In this document: positions 37,105 to 50,319 of the stretch, in pieces
Layout of the letters: the number at the start of each line of letters is the position of its first letter
Numbering within the stretch: the stretch's first letter is position 1
Origin: Hypanus sabinus
Taxonomy: Eukaryota
Direction of reading: 5' to 3'
DNA: 64,000 nt
NCBI RefSeq assembly: GCF_030144855.1
Contig: NC_082731.1
Coordinates: forward strand, 25,792,001 to 25,856,000
Translations under genes and position numbers: made by a program
Notes under the pieces: model-generated
The model's database searches: none
What the model was told of the DNA's origin: nothing
What the model saw: the letters and a program-made list of their open reading frames with translations, nothing else

Positions 37105-37760
37105 TGAGTAGGCTGTGACCAGCAACAATTGTTTCTCCTCTGCCCCTGATCTTCCTGCATCAAATGTTCTTTTCCTCTTACCGGGTAAGGCACGTCAATG
37201 AGACTCCTAACAGTGGTGAAGAGTGATGTGCCCAGGACCTGGCAGTCAAATGAATTTGTTAGGCTTCTTAACCACAGCATTTCTCATCAGTATATATTGC
37301 ACATATTTGCACCCAGGGATTTGTGTTTAATATTGATTATACTTGTATGGGTGCAGACAGAAGATTGTGTGTTTTTTTTTTGCTCCTTAATGCATGCTCA
37401 ATGCCTCTCCGACCGCGTCCCTCAGCAAGTTATCTGTCCATTGACTTGCGTCTTCGACTATAACTCTCAGCGGGATATCTGGCCATGTATTGGTGTCTCT
37501 CTGTTCCGGGCGCAAAGGACAGGATAAAGACAAAACGTACTTACCACCTGTTGTTCCCGGGATGTATGAGATTTTCGGCTGCTGATCTCCTCGACTGGCG
37601 TCATTTTGCCTCCGGCACAGCCAACACTGAGGAGCTCAGGGAACTTGTGGTTTGTGAAACAGAGTTACTGTTTCACATCAATAACCTTTCACTTAATCCT
37701 GTCAGTCTGATTCGTGGCAACTATGCAGTTACATTCTTTTTTTGTTTGTTTTACTGAATT
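37105..37760 (+). repeat. 'Empty' cassette: V-upstream block joined to far-downstream block
   Basis: 37105-37500 aligns to 49385-49800 (accagcaaca, ctgcat.aa.tgttct, gtttaatattgatt, tgcagacaga, gatatctggcca). 37520-37760 aligns to 16480-16710 (gagctcag, tgtttcacat, ctgtcagtctgatt..tggcaactatgc). Confidence 0.7.
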
Positions 37761-37844
37761 GATTCTGATGAAGTCAACTTGTTTTTCATTGAATTCTGTA
37801 AGCCGAAAATATTCCAGAGCCTTTCACAAATCATCAATTGCTTC

Positions 37845-39190
37845 TGCACTGTGTCACTTCATATGGGAATCACCTTCGTCTATTTTATCACTTGTGAGGG
37901 TTGCTGGCCCTGAGCTAAACCCTCGTCCCCGGACCTAGAGGACCTGTTTTTCCGCACTTAGCGCAGCCTCGACACTTTGATCATACCATGCGCCTGAGCA
38001 GAAGACCCACAGGGTCATTGAGGCAAGCATGCCTCCAAACCTCCAGGAGAAATGTACTAAATGAATCCTACAACATATATCCCGCTATTGTTCGTGTCAC
38101 TGCGTATAAATATTTGCAAGCAATATTGCAGCTATATAAAATTTTGGCTTGACCACATTTTGCGCGTTGCGAGCAGTTCTCCTCTCATATTTTCGGAAAG
38201 TTGCGAGATTTTTGGATATGGCTCAGAACTGGGTCAATGCATGTTTCCTATTGGCTTGTGTGATATATGGGGGAAGTTTAGACCAACTAGGATTGCATTA
38301 TCTTGAGCAGTAAAACTGTCGGCCGAACTGGTAAAATGCATAATAACTTTAGTGCCAAGGTTGAACCATGAGACCGTCAACCACATTGATTGAAGATTAA
38401 ACAGCGTATCCAACAGAGGAAATTTAAAAGATATGCGAAGACTGAAGGCATCTGGAACTTCAGCCGAACGTTTGGAGTGGGATTAGATTGTTAAGTGCTT
38501 CTTCAGTGTGTCATTTCATATGCGGAACTCTTCGTCCGTTTTTCACTTGTCATGGCTGTTGGCCCTGAGCTGAGCCCGAGCCTACCTACCTAGAGGACCG
38601 GTCTTTCGCTTTTCCCGCAGCCTCTGCAGATTGGTCTGTTTAGCACCAGTGATCCTACTATGCGCCGGAGCACAAGGTCCTCAGGGTCAGTGAGGCAAGC
38701 AAGCGTCCAAACCCTACAAGGTTTTGCGCCTCTGGAACGAGTGTGCTAGATGATGCTACAATATATATCCTGTTAGCTTTCCTGTAAATAAGTATAAATG
38801 TCAGCAGGTAATATAATAGCTAGATGTTTTTTTTTTGCTCGACGGCATTTTTAGCATTACGAGCTGTTCTCGTTTTCATTTTTTAGGTAGGATGTGAAGA
38901 TTTGGAAATGGCACGGAGGTGGGTCAGTTGTATGTTATCTGAGTTAGCTGGTACGTTGTAAAGATGAGTTTAGATAAACTAGAATTGCATTATCTTGAGC
39001 ACTAAAGCCTGTTGACGACCTAGTGAAATATATCACCTCAGAGTATGATAGGGAAGATAATCACTGTTTTTTTATGCCATGATGGAACCGTGACATGGTA
39101 CATGATTTTTTTTTAATACGAAGACTGAAAGTACCTGGAACTTCGACAGAACAGATGGAAGCGGATACTCTTGCAACATCTAAGAGATAA
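37845..39190 (+). repeat. Local tandem duplication of block X (two units of ~650-690 bp)
   Basis: Both units start gtgtca(c/t)ttcatatg (37850, 38507), share ggccctgagct..cctagaggacc and an old CR1 piece, and end gaagactgaa..ctggaacttc. Block X is also present at ~6650-7040 and ~59700-60230. Confidence 0.8.
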
Positions 39191-39824
39191 TGTCATAGAC
39201 GATACATCATGCAGGGAATATGCTGAGATCCTGCTGAAAATTAGCATCATAATTGCCAAAGACAGGGGTGAGCTAAACGGCCATTGCCTGGTCAGTTCAA
39301 TATTCTATGTGCTGAGCTGCACTGATGAGTTACAGTTTAATTTATTAATTTAATAAGGGGCTGCATTTAGAATATAATGCTTGAGTCTTTACCACCACGA
39401 AAACATATTTGTCATAATGAATTCAATAGAAAAAAAAAGATGTCGGCGATTCAAAAATAAATCTGTAAATGCTCACGAGGTCAGATCGTATTCACGACGA
39501 GTAAGACACGTCAGTTAACGTTTCAGGTTGAAAACAAAACCTCCGTCAGAAGTTGGAACGAGAAATGGAAGCATTGGGGAGCAAATGTTTAGGCGGTGAA
39601 TTGATATACACGATTGACCGTAGAAATAGGCCTTATAAAGTGATCGTCTAATCATAGTTAGAGAATAAATACAAAAAACAATTTAACTTAAATAAAATAA
39701 TCTACCTAAGTCAAAATACAGAAAAGGATGATATGCTCGGTAAGCCAGGATTGCCAACATTAACACCACCTTAAAAGTTCTGACAGTGGGGGAAGTAACA
39801 TAATACCTCAGCGTGAAATATTTC

Positions 39825-40179
39825 ACCAGAAAAGGATGACATGGAAGAGAATTTGCGTTTTACAGCAGAGGAACGTAATTCTTTTTCAGCCGCCTGAGAT
39901 GTCTAGATACAATCATTTCATTTGTAGGTATTTCACTCTATCACTTTTCTGCCTTTCCCATTCACTCAACTTCGCAATTGTCTTTAAAACTACGTATTGT
40001 ACGAGCTGCTCCAACTTATCTAGAAAGTCTTTGGCAATAACTATAGCCCTATTTATGGAATAATATCGCTAAGGTATTCTTTTACTTTCCGGCCCTCACA
40101 CCATAAACCTGTGCCCTCTGGTAGTAACCTCGTGTGCCCTGGGAAGCGTACTCCGGCTGCATCTGTACTGCTCACAATT
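39825..40179 (+). repeat. 355-bp direct repeat A, left flank of an L1
   Basis: accaga..aaggatg..ctgctcacaatt; colinear with 44641-44995, about 80% identity by eye. Confidence 0.85.
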
Positions 40180-43100
40180 TTCTTTCCAATATGTTTTATC
40201 AATTTACGTATAAGAATATAGTGCAAGAAAACATATATATCTATATCAATATATTATACTAAATCACATATAAGGACTTCTTACCATATATTCATACAGA
40301 ATAATTCATTCCTCACATTGAAACATAGTAAATCTTTTATCTAAAGAATCTAACCCACTACCAAGACCGAAGCTGATTAGTAAAGAAACAAAAAGGGAAA
40401 AAAATTATTAGTCATCATCTGTACTTTAACAGCAAATCAAAGGTTTTGAATATAATTTTGAATAGGTCGCATAATGTTTGAGAGTCTTGACTATATTCAG
40501 AGATTGAACGTCGAATCATCTTTAAAGTTAAACGTTATATCACATCATGTACCCACTGGGCGTGGAAAGGAGAAGCTGCATCTTTCCATTTAAGCAAGCG
40601 CGTCCTTCTGGTGATAAGAGACATGAAAGCCAAAATGTGCCAGTCAGATGACTGAAAATTTATATCCTTTGCTGCAACAATACTAAATAAAGCGGTAAAA
40701 GGATTAGGCTTAACTTTGAAAAGTATCGTGAAAGTTTGAACTACTTCATTCCAATATTTTCCTTGACATAAACATGTCCAAAACAGATGAATGAGTGAAG
40801 CTTCTCCATTATTACCTTTATCACAATACGGAGACACATCTAAACAAAAATGAGACAGCATATCCTTAGTCATATTGGGCCTTTGGTCCACTTTGAATTG
40901 TAGGAGAGAATGACGGGCATATAACGGTGAAGTGTTAACCAATTTAAAAATTTGATACGAAGATTCCTCAGACTTTGAAGTCTGTAAATCTTGTTCCCAA
41001 ACATTTTTAATTTTATCTAAAGGAACGCTTCTCATTCCCAAAAGCATGTTACAGATATTAGTTATAGATCCATTATAAAAAGTTTTCAAATTACAAATTA
41101 CTTCTAATAGATTCTTATCAGCACTTTTAAGAAATGTACTTATTTGAGACACAAAGAAAATCTCTTACTTGCAGGTACCGAAAAAATTTGTTTGGCTAAA
41201 CTATATTTAGTTGACAGTTATTCAAACAAAAAGATACTTCCCTCTACAAACAAGTCCTGAAAGCATTAATAACTAATCTATCCCTTTTTTAACAGCCACG
41301 TCAATTCTTGACGGTTTAAAAATTAATTAGGAAATATTTGACTCTAAAGAGAAAATCTCAGTAGGTCAAAGTATTTTCGGAATTGTATCCAAATTCTGAT
41401 AGTGCTTATACCTACCAGTATATCAGTTAACTTACTCAAAGACAAAGTAAGTGAGGATCCAAGAAGAGAAATAATAGAAAATGTATTAACATAGCTTCTA
41501 AAAAATACACATCGGGCAATCCTCACGATTAATATAAAATAACCAATATGTAAGATCTCTTATATTAACTGCCCAATGATAAAAACTAAAATTTGGTAAG
41601 GCTAAACCTCCAATCTTTTTTTTTCTGAAGATGAATTTTATTTAATCCAGAACGCGTATTCTTCCATGTATTAAAAAGAATTTAACAGAGTCAAGAGAAT
41701 CATAAAAAGATTTAAGAATAAAAACAGGCATTGCCTAAAAGACATATCAAGTCAAGTCAAGTCAACTTTAATTGTCATTTCGACTATATCTGCTGGTACA
41801 GTGCATAGCAAAAATGAGACAACGGTTTTAAGGACAATGGTGTTACATGACACAGTACAAAAAAATTAGACTGAACTACGTAATAATAAAAAAAAACAAC
41901 ACAGAGAAAGCTACACTAGACTACAGATGTACACTATACTGCATAAAGTGCAGAAAACAGTGCAGGCATTACAATAAATAATAAACAGTACAGTAGGGCA
42001 AGGTGTCAGACCAGGCTTCGGGAATTGAGGAGTCTGATGGCCTGGGGGAAGAAACTGTTACATAGTCTGTTCGTGAGAGCCCGAATGTTTCGGAGCCCTT
42101 TTCCCAGACGGCAGGAGGGAGAAGAGATTGTATGAGGTGTGCATGGGGTCCTTCATAATGCTGTTTCCTTTGCGGATGCCGCGTGTTGTGTAAATGTCCG
42201 TGATGGCAGGAACAGAGACCCCGATGATCTTCTCAGCTGACCTCACTGTCCGCTGCAGGGTCTTGTGATCTGAGATGGTGCAATTTCCCAACCAGGCAGT
42301 GTTGCAGCTACTCAGGATGCTCTCAATACAACCCCTGTAGAATGTGATGAGGAACATATATTTCGGTAATGTATTCATTTTGATAGAGTTAATTCGGCCA
42401 ATCAGTGATAACGAAAGAGATGACCGATTTGATAGTATCCTTTTAACGAAATTCAAAAGGGTAAGAAGATTTCCTTTAAATAGACACTTAGTATTTTTAG
42501 TGATTGTTACACCTAGGTTGGTTGAATGGTTCCTTACAACTTTAAAATGAAGGTTAGAATTAGCTGGTATCAAATTATTCAAAGTGCAAAGTTCACTTTT
42601 TTGCAGGTTTCATTTATAACTTGAGAACTGGCTAAAACAGAAGAGTAAAGAAATCGCATGGGGTAACGAAGTCTCAACGTTAGAAATAAATAGCACCCGG
42701 TTATCACGGTACAGCTCGATTTTGTGAATAGTGTCTTTCCTTAACATACACGTGATATCATTAGATCTCGAAAGGCAAAGGCTAAGGGTTCTAAGACCGG
42801 AACAAAAAGCAAAGTTTTCAACAGGCAGATTTGTCCATTGCCACTTTGAAGCTTAAACGGTTGGGAATTATGAGAATTAGTGATAACCCTAATGAAAGGA
42901 CATAACGCAATTTAAGCTATTGAATGAAAACGCGTCCAAAATTGAATTTTTCTGAAACTCTAAGTAAATAATTCCATTCGAAAGCTTTCTCAGCTCTAGG
43001 GATTTCCGATATCATGTTAGAAGGAGTAATAAATAATATTTAATATCCGATGAATATTAAAGATCGATTTTAATGTCCAGTTTGGTTATCGAAAATGACA

Positions 43101-44640
43101 GATGGTAAAATATTTTCAATCTTATGGCCAAAACTTTAGATAGGATCTTAGCATCAAGATTAAGTAAAGAAATTGTTCTGTAAGAAGAGCATTCAGTTGG
43201 ATCCTCATTCTTTTTAAGAATAAGCGAAATGGAAGTCTCATAAAAAGATTAACGATGTCTGCCTGACTTGACTGAATCCGAAAGAAAACTGAACATAAAT
43301 GAGGTATAAGCAGTGAGGAAAATATCTTGTAAAACTCTCCTGAAAATCCATCTGGAGCCAGAGATTTACTCAAACGTAATGAGCGTACAGCCTCAACAAG
43401 TTCCTCAAATTGTATAAGAAGTGTTTAAGTAGCAATCCGAGAAATGTATATTAAAACCAAATATTAAAACTTGAGATATATTAGCTAAGCAACAGAATAG
43501 ACTAGACAAGATTCCCATATCAGCTTCGAGAAAAATGAACTCCCCATCCCAATCGCTCCTCCCAAAGAAAGAAAAGCAGTAAAAGAACAACCGCTATCTA
43601 CCCCCCACCGGAAACAACACCTTAGAAATCCTACTGGAACAGCTCCAAAGAATTTAAGGTTATTTACTGTTCCAACCAGGACTAAATATTATACAGTGAA
43701 AGGCAAGCTTAGACAGGTTTATCAAACAAAAAGTGCAATTATTCACACTGAAAAATATTTTTTAAACTTATAGTATTTTTTGTTTTTGCAATATTTTTCA
43801 TCTATTCAATAACTGTATATAATCTTTTATTTTCAGTCTAATAATTCTTGCTCCTGCCCTTCGTATAAAACCAATGGAATGATCCATCTTCGATTGTGAT
43901 TCTAAGTCGTAAATTGCTAAGTCGTATGTAAAATTTGTAAATTAACACGTTGTGCCATAACTTCTGATGAAAAATCTTGAACAATACGAATCTACCGATC
44001 TTGGTAATCATTCATACCTTTACTACGGTCAACACGAATCAGGCGATCCTTTATTTGACGTTCATGGAAACAAATAATGAATGATCTTGGTTTTGTTTTT
44101 GAAGTCGATCTGTTGATGGGCGATCTGTGAGCACGATCAATCAGAGTCAGAGACTGTATAATATCAGGGAATAATTCCATCGAAAGGTTTGCAAAGAATC
44201 CTTTAGGATTATCTCCTTCCGTTTGCACTTTAAGTCCCAACATTCCTAAGGTGTTTCTCCTACCTCTGTCTTCCAAATGAATAATATTCTGATTCAGTAT
44301 TTCGTTGGACATGGATTGTTTTTCATGCTTTTGCAAATCATCCATTTTCTCGTGCATAACCTCATCATAATCCTTTATCTTCTTATCATGTTCTTTTAGA
44401 ATTGTTTGAATATCTTCTAGTTTCGTACCTAATTATTTAATTTCACCGCAGATGACGCTTCTCTTCTGAACTGTTGAAACTCCTCAATAAGCTTTTTAAT
44501 TGAGTCCGTACTAGCTTCCAAAGTTGCTCTGGTAGTCATTGAAATATAACAACCCGCATAACAGTTGTACTTCAAAAGATTGGAGAAAAAAGTTAGTAAG
44601 TTAGGAGCACCAGCAGAGAGTTTTTACTCCATCCGCGGCC
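40180..44640 (-). mobile_element. L1-clade LINE, near full length, decayed
   Basis: ORF1 relic 43992..44357 (LEDRGRRNTL..LIDRAHRSP); SKSLAPDGFSGEFYK at 43122..43373; C-terminus 40535..41152 (HSLLQFKV..ASLIHLFWTC); T-rich tail abuts 40180. Confidence 0.88.
41748..42353 (-). mobile_element. Rex/Babar-like LINE 3' fragment nested in the L1
   Basis: FYRGCIESILSSCNTAWLGNC..LQRTVRSAEKIIG..LFSLLPSGKR; (CTTGA)n tail at 41748-41764; flanked by acatat at 41742-41747 and 42354-42359. Confidence 0.85.
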
Positions 44641-44995
44641 ACCAGATACAAGGATGCCTTGGAAAGGAATCAGTGTGTTTTACAGCACAGTAACGGGATT
44701 TTTCGGCCGCCCGGGATGTCTATATACAATCATCTCAGTTGTAAGAATTTCACCCGATCACCTTTCTGCCTTTCCTATTCACTGACCTTCACAAATGTCT
44801 TTGAAACAACGTACTGTATGAGATGCATCACCTTATCGAGGAAGTCTTTGGAAATAACAATAGCCCCGTGTATCGGGTAATATCGCTAAGATATTCTTTA
44901 ATTTCTGGCCCTCTCACCATAAACTTATGCCATCTGGTAGTAACATCGTGTGCCCTGGGAAACGGACTTTAGGTGCATCTATACTGCTCACAATT
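44641..44995 (+). repeat. 355-bp direct repeat A', right flank of the L1
   Basis: Same start and end words and same length as 39825-40179. Confidence 0.85.
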
Positions 44996-46389
44996 CTACA
45001 AACTTCTACTAAGTTAGATTTAGCCTTCCAGAGAAAATAAATCCAGCTTATTCAACCTCTCCATGTAGTTAAAGCCCTCCATCTCTGGCAGCAGCTGAAA
45101 TCTATTTTCCATTCCGGCAAAATCCTGAACCAATAACCCATGCATTTAATATCTTGTCTTCACATAGGCCTACACACTCATGGTCGAAGGCCCATATTCT
45201 AACTTCTAAATGACCCTCGGTGAACATGAAAATATTCAAATCTTAGCTATCGGTGTCATCCTTTCATGATGCTCAGCGTGCTTGTCAACATTGGTCCGAA
45301 TATAACGACAAATTGATAATGGTGTACACACCATGATCTTTTGCAATTTTGTTTAGTCTGAGAACAAATCGATCACCTTTGATTCCACCCATCTTGACGT
45401 ACCGTATGTCCCGCTTGGCGTTGCTGCGCTATTGAATATATTGTTTGCTGCCTATAAAGAAAGAAAAAAATAGCTCCTGAACAAGCCTGCTTTCTTATTA
45501 GACACTCAATTTCCCTTATGCGTAGAAAATTGATGGTATGTTGGGAAAAGAGCGAAATGAGGAAGTGCATCATGAGAAATCCTTTGATACCCGTGAAAAT
45601 ATAAGTCACCATATTGTGCGAACTCACTCCATTTTCCGATAAGTCCCTGCAAATTATCATGAATTCTAAAATCCTCATTGGCAATGTACTTGACTTTATT
45701 GCCACGAAACAATTTATACTAGAGCGTACAATCATCACAGCGATATTTGATTCTGCGCATCCTGCTCTCTGAAATACAAATCCAAGTAAATATAATAAAA
45801 AAAATTAAATTATAAATCATAATTAGAAAAGTTGAAAAACGAAGTAAGGTAGTGCAAGTTAGGTCCGCATATTTGGAAGGTAAGGCCCAGATCCGGGTTA
45901 GGATCCGTTCAGCAGTTAGCTGTATGGGTCGTGTCCTTGATAAACCTCTAACCTGAAAAGAAAACTTTAGCATATTTGTGGAAACCGGATCACCCGGCGG
46001 GACCACAGGAGGGCTCAAAGTGAACTGAAAATGGTCACATATACTGTACCAGAGGTCATGAACGAAAACCGGATGTTGGAGCTCTAACTTAAAAATATCA
46101 CGAACGTGAACATTCACAGTATTGATCAATCAAGCTGGTTCCATTGGTACTTGCCGGTATTATACAAGGATGATGCAGCTGACCACACTATTTGATGTAG
46201 TCAGTAAGACGTGTACTCTGTTAAGGTTGGTCGGGAATGTTTGATACAGGGGAGACCATGTGTTAGAAAAGAAAATGCGATCTTGAAGAGTGACGAAGAT
46301 GTGCGGTGTGGGGCGAGTAGTGGATACTGTCCACATGTGCATAAATAAAACCGACAAGATCCCTGGTGGTAACTGACCAGAAAATTAAA

Positions 46390-46840
46390 ACCACAATACA
46401 ATAAGACAAAGGAGCAGAAGTCGGCCATTCGGCCCCTCGAGTCTGCTCCTCCATTTTATCATCAGCTGATCCATTCTCCCATTTATCCCACTTCACCGCC
46501 TTCTGAACGTAACCTCTGATGCCCTGGCTACTCAGATACCTACAATCTTTGCTTTAAATACACCCAATGACTTGACCTCCACTGCCGCCTGTAGCAAAAA
46601 ATTCAACAAATTCACCACCCTCTGGCAAAAAAAAATATCTTCGCATCTCTGTTCTGAATGGGCGCCCTTCAATCCTTAAGTCATGCCCGCACGTACTAGA
46701 CTCCCCCACCATGGGATATAACTTTGCCACATCCACTTCGTCCATACTCTTCAACATTCGAAATGTGTCTATGAGCACCCCTCTTATTCTTCTAAACTCC
46801 AAGGAGTACAGTCTATCAGCGTTCAACCCTTCATCATATT
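46390..46840 (-). mobile_element. CR1 LINE 3' end
   Basis: ORF 46554..46826 YSLEFRRIRGVLIDTFRMLK..FRTEMRRYFF, followed by the CR1 3'UTR. Confidence 0.85.
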
Positions 46841-47227
46841 AATGTACCTGTGATCTACAGAGGCTTGATAGATTGGACGTAAAATTCCCTTGGTTACGCA
46901 AGGCAGCCTATAGTGATGTCGAAGAAGTACGGCGGGTGCTGATTTGCCAGGAACTGCACTGGGATCCCAACTGTTTCTGCAATGCATTAATCTTTAGAGA
47001 AAAAATGTAAAGTGGCTGATTAGGTTTGCTGACAACGGGCATATTGTGGATCTGTAAATCACGCAGCGGTCCGTCATATTGACACAGAAGAACATCAACT
47101 GTTTCGGCCGAGAATTTGGAAATCAGATTTTAATCGGTGCAAGCGTGATGCATTGCACTTCTGCCAAAAAATGCAAGAGGGAATTCGACGATAAATGGGA
47201 GAAGTAGTGACACTGTTGCGGTGCATA

Positions 47228-48386
47228 CATAAGAACATAAGAACATCAGAGATAGGAGCAGGAGTAGGCCAATCGGCCTCTCAAGCCTGCCCCGCCATTC
47301 AACAAGATCATAGCTGATCCAATCTTCACTCCAGTTATCACCGAATCCCGCAAGGAAACAGTGCCAACCAACAGGGCACCATGCCGCCCATTTTATTTTA
47401 TTATTCATTCCGCCCAAACCCATGTGATCACCCGGGGGGGGGGGGAACGATTTGCCAATTGAGGAGACAAAATCTGGAAGATTCCTCTCCGACCCATCCA
47501 GGCTATCGAAAACTGGCCCAGGAGATCACATGGCTGATCTAAACCTAGCCTCATGTCCACTTACCTGCTCGCTCACCGTATCCCCTAATGCCATTTTTAT
47601 CCAGGAAAAAGTCTATCTCCGTTTTGAATTTATTGAGTGTATTAGCTCCACAGCTCTCTGGGGCAGTAAATTCCACAGCCCCACTACCCTCTGAGTGAAG
47701 AAATTTCTCCTCATCTCAGTCCTGAAACGGCATCCCCATATTTTAAGATTATACCTCCTAGTCCTAGTTTCACCCATCATTGGGAACATTCTCCCCGCAT
47801 CCTCCCGATCAAGCCCCTTCACAATCTTATATGTTTCAATAAGATCGCCTCTCATTCTCGGGAACTCATTGGAGTAGAGTCCCAATCTACTCAACCTCTC
47901 CTCATACATCAACCCACCCATCCCCGGAATTAACCTAGTGAACCTTCTCTGCACTGCCTCGAGAGCCAATATGTCCTTTCTTAAATATAGACACCAGAAA
48001 TGCACGCAGTACTCCAGGTGTGGTCTCACCAATACCCGGTACAACTGTAGCAAGACCTCCCTGTTCTTATACTCCATCCCCCTTGCAATAAAAGCCAGAA
48101 TTCCATTGGCCTTCTTGACCACCTGCTTCACTTGCATACTAACATTTTGTGTTTCCTGCACCAGGACCCCCAGATCCCTTTACACAGAAGCACTTCCCAG
48201 TTTCTCTCCATTTAGATAATAACTAGCTCTATTATTTTTTCCTGCCAAAGTGCAAGACCTTTACACTTGTCAGTATTATATTTCATCTGCCAAATGTCTG
48301 CCCAATCACTCAGCCTATCTATGTCCCCCTGCAGGGTTTCAATGTCCTCCGCACTCATTACACTCCCTCCCATCTTGAGCCTGTTC
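47228..48386 (-). mobile_element. CR1 LINE 3' portion, relatively well preserved
   Basis: 182-aa ORF KKANGILAFIARGMEYKNREVLLQLYRVLVRPHLEYCVHFW..FFTQRVVGLWN; (ttcttatg)n tail at ~47228-47245. Confidence 0.92.
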
Positions 48387-50319
48387 TTCGCCACCTTCAC
48401 TTTTGAGTCCCTGGTCTGTTTCAGCATCGTCATTTCTGCCGCTACGGAGCCTCATAGGTGGAATGATGATAGCTTGGCTAGATTTAGTTCATACATTCCG
48501 AAAACCAACTTCGGTCTTGATCATGACAGTGTTCAGCATTTCATTAACAGTGACAGTAGCATTCTCTCTGTTTTCATTCCTGTCCATCATGCAAATCCTG
48601 GCTGGAGAATCAGGAATACCGCCCACACAGGTATTGCCTACTTATTTATTTTTTACTTCCAGTACAATTTTTGAACAGTCAGGTTTCGTAGCCGTGTGCA
48701 GATAGCAGATACTTGAGGATAAGAGGGCTGTACCCTTTCGCCTCATTGTCATGGGCAACACTGCCAAGAAGCAAAGCACAATGTTCTGACGCCACCCAGC
48801 AAAAATCTTCGAGTCACTGAAGCAGGCAAGCCACTGAGCCCTACGACAAGATTGTAGTCATTTTGGAGGAAAAAATAACGTTCAACATTTTCACTGCTGC
48901 AATGATGGGAATGTTGTGTCAGGTGCACATAAAACGTTTGGAACATTCTGCACTGTCTGTCCCAAAATTCATCCTATTTGTCCGGAGCTGATTTTGCCAC
49001 AGAGGTTGTTATATGTAACTTGGGACCTACCTTCCTTCAGTGACAGCACTGGCTCCTCTTCAAGAAGTACTTCATATCCTGCGGAAACTGCTCTGATTTC
49101 ACAAGAAGTCATTAAACCTGCTGATCGACTGAAAATTACCTCGGTAGGGATGCGCATTTGTTTTATTAGTAATATTATCATCGTGGTTTATATTTGAGTG
49201 AGGAAGCAAGATCTGGGACACGCAGTGCTGCCAAAACCAGGGTCGGTAAACAAATAACCCACCCTCTTGATCTTCAATTTGGATGCACTCCCCCGTGCGT
49301 TTCCTTTCAATGCAGATCGATTCTGCTGTGTTTGCTTGCTTACCTACTGGGGGAGGGGGAGTGGAGGGCGGGTGTGTAATATTACCAGCAACAGCTATTT
49401 CTCCCACTGTTTGATTTCGCCAACTGAGTTCGCTGCATAAATTGTTCTGTTCCTACCAACGGCCATACCAGGTCACAAAGTTTTCCGACACCCATATTGG
49501 ACACGAGCCAATGTATTGGGGCTGAAATTCATGATTTCAATTCACGGATTAAATCATTTCTTTTCAGAAAATATAACCTCCACTAGCAGGTTTAATATTG
49601 ATTCTCGTGCTAAGAATGCAGACAGATAAACTGTACCGCATTTGGTTTTTTTTTATCATATTTCCGTGCACAATCCTGCGTCTCTCGAAAGGTGTCCCAA
49701 AGGAGGACATATGCCAGTTGACTAGTGTGCTCAGTCCCTGTCACGTATAGCGATATCTGGCCACTAAATAGTGCATCTCAGACTTTGTCTCTCGGGGCCT
49801 GTCAGTCGCTGTCGCTGGGGGGGAGGGGGGGGTGGGCGCACCAGTCCATTGACTAGAATCTCTCAGTTTCTGTCTTTCTGGAGGATATCTGTCCACTGCC
49901 TGATATCTGAAACCTCCTGTCTCACAGCGTGCTGTTTATCCACTGCCTGTTGTCTCTCAGCCCCTGTATTTCAGCGGGAACTCTGTCAACTGACTTGTGT
50001 TTCTCCTTCATTCTCGCCGGGGTCCTCCACATTTCAGTTTACACAAACTGATTATCGCTGAAAATAATGAGTGTGACAGATCGTCAGTCCTTATCTGGTC
50101 TCTCCCTTTAGCCTGTCTCCTGCACATAGACGAATATATTTTGGATAATTGTAATCACTGCTGGGGGCGGGGACAGGAAATTCTGTCTCTGGTTTCATTG
50201 TGTGGGAATCTTTACAAGCTGAGGCTCCTCCTCTCACTGGCAGTCTCCGTCTGTATCTGAATAGCGCTCTCGGCCTCTCGCGATAAATCCGGTCTCGACT
50301 AAAGCAGCTGATCTCAAAA

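Noticed and set aside
48589-48596. Perfect octamer ATGCAAAT upstream of V3
   Set aside because: It is 1.7 kb from the leader; one or two hits are expected by chance in 64 kb on two strands.
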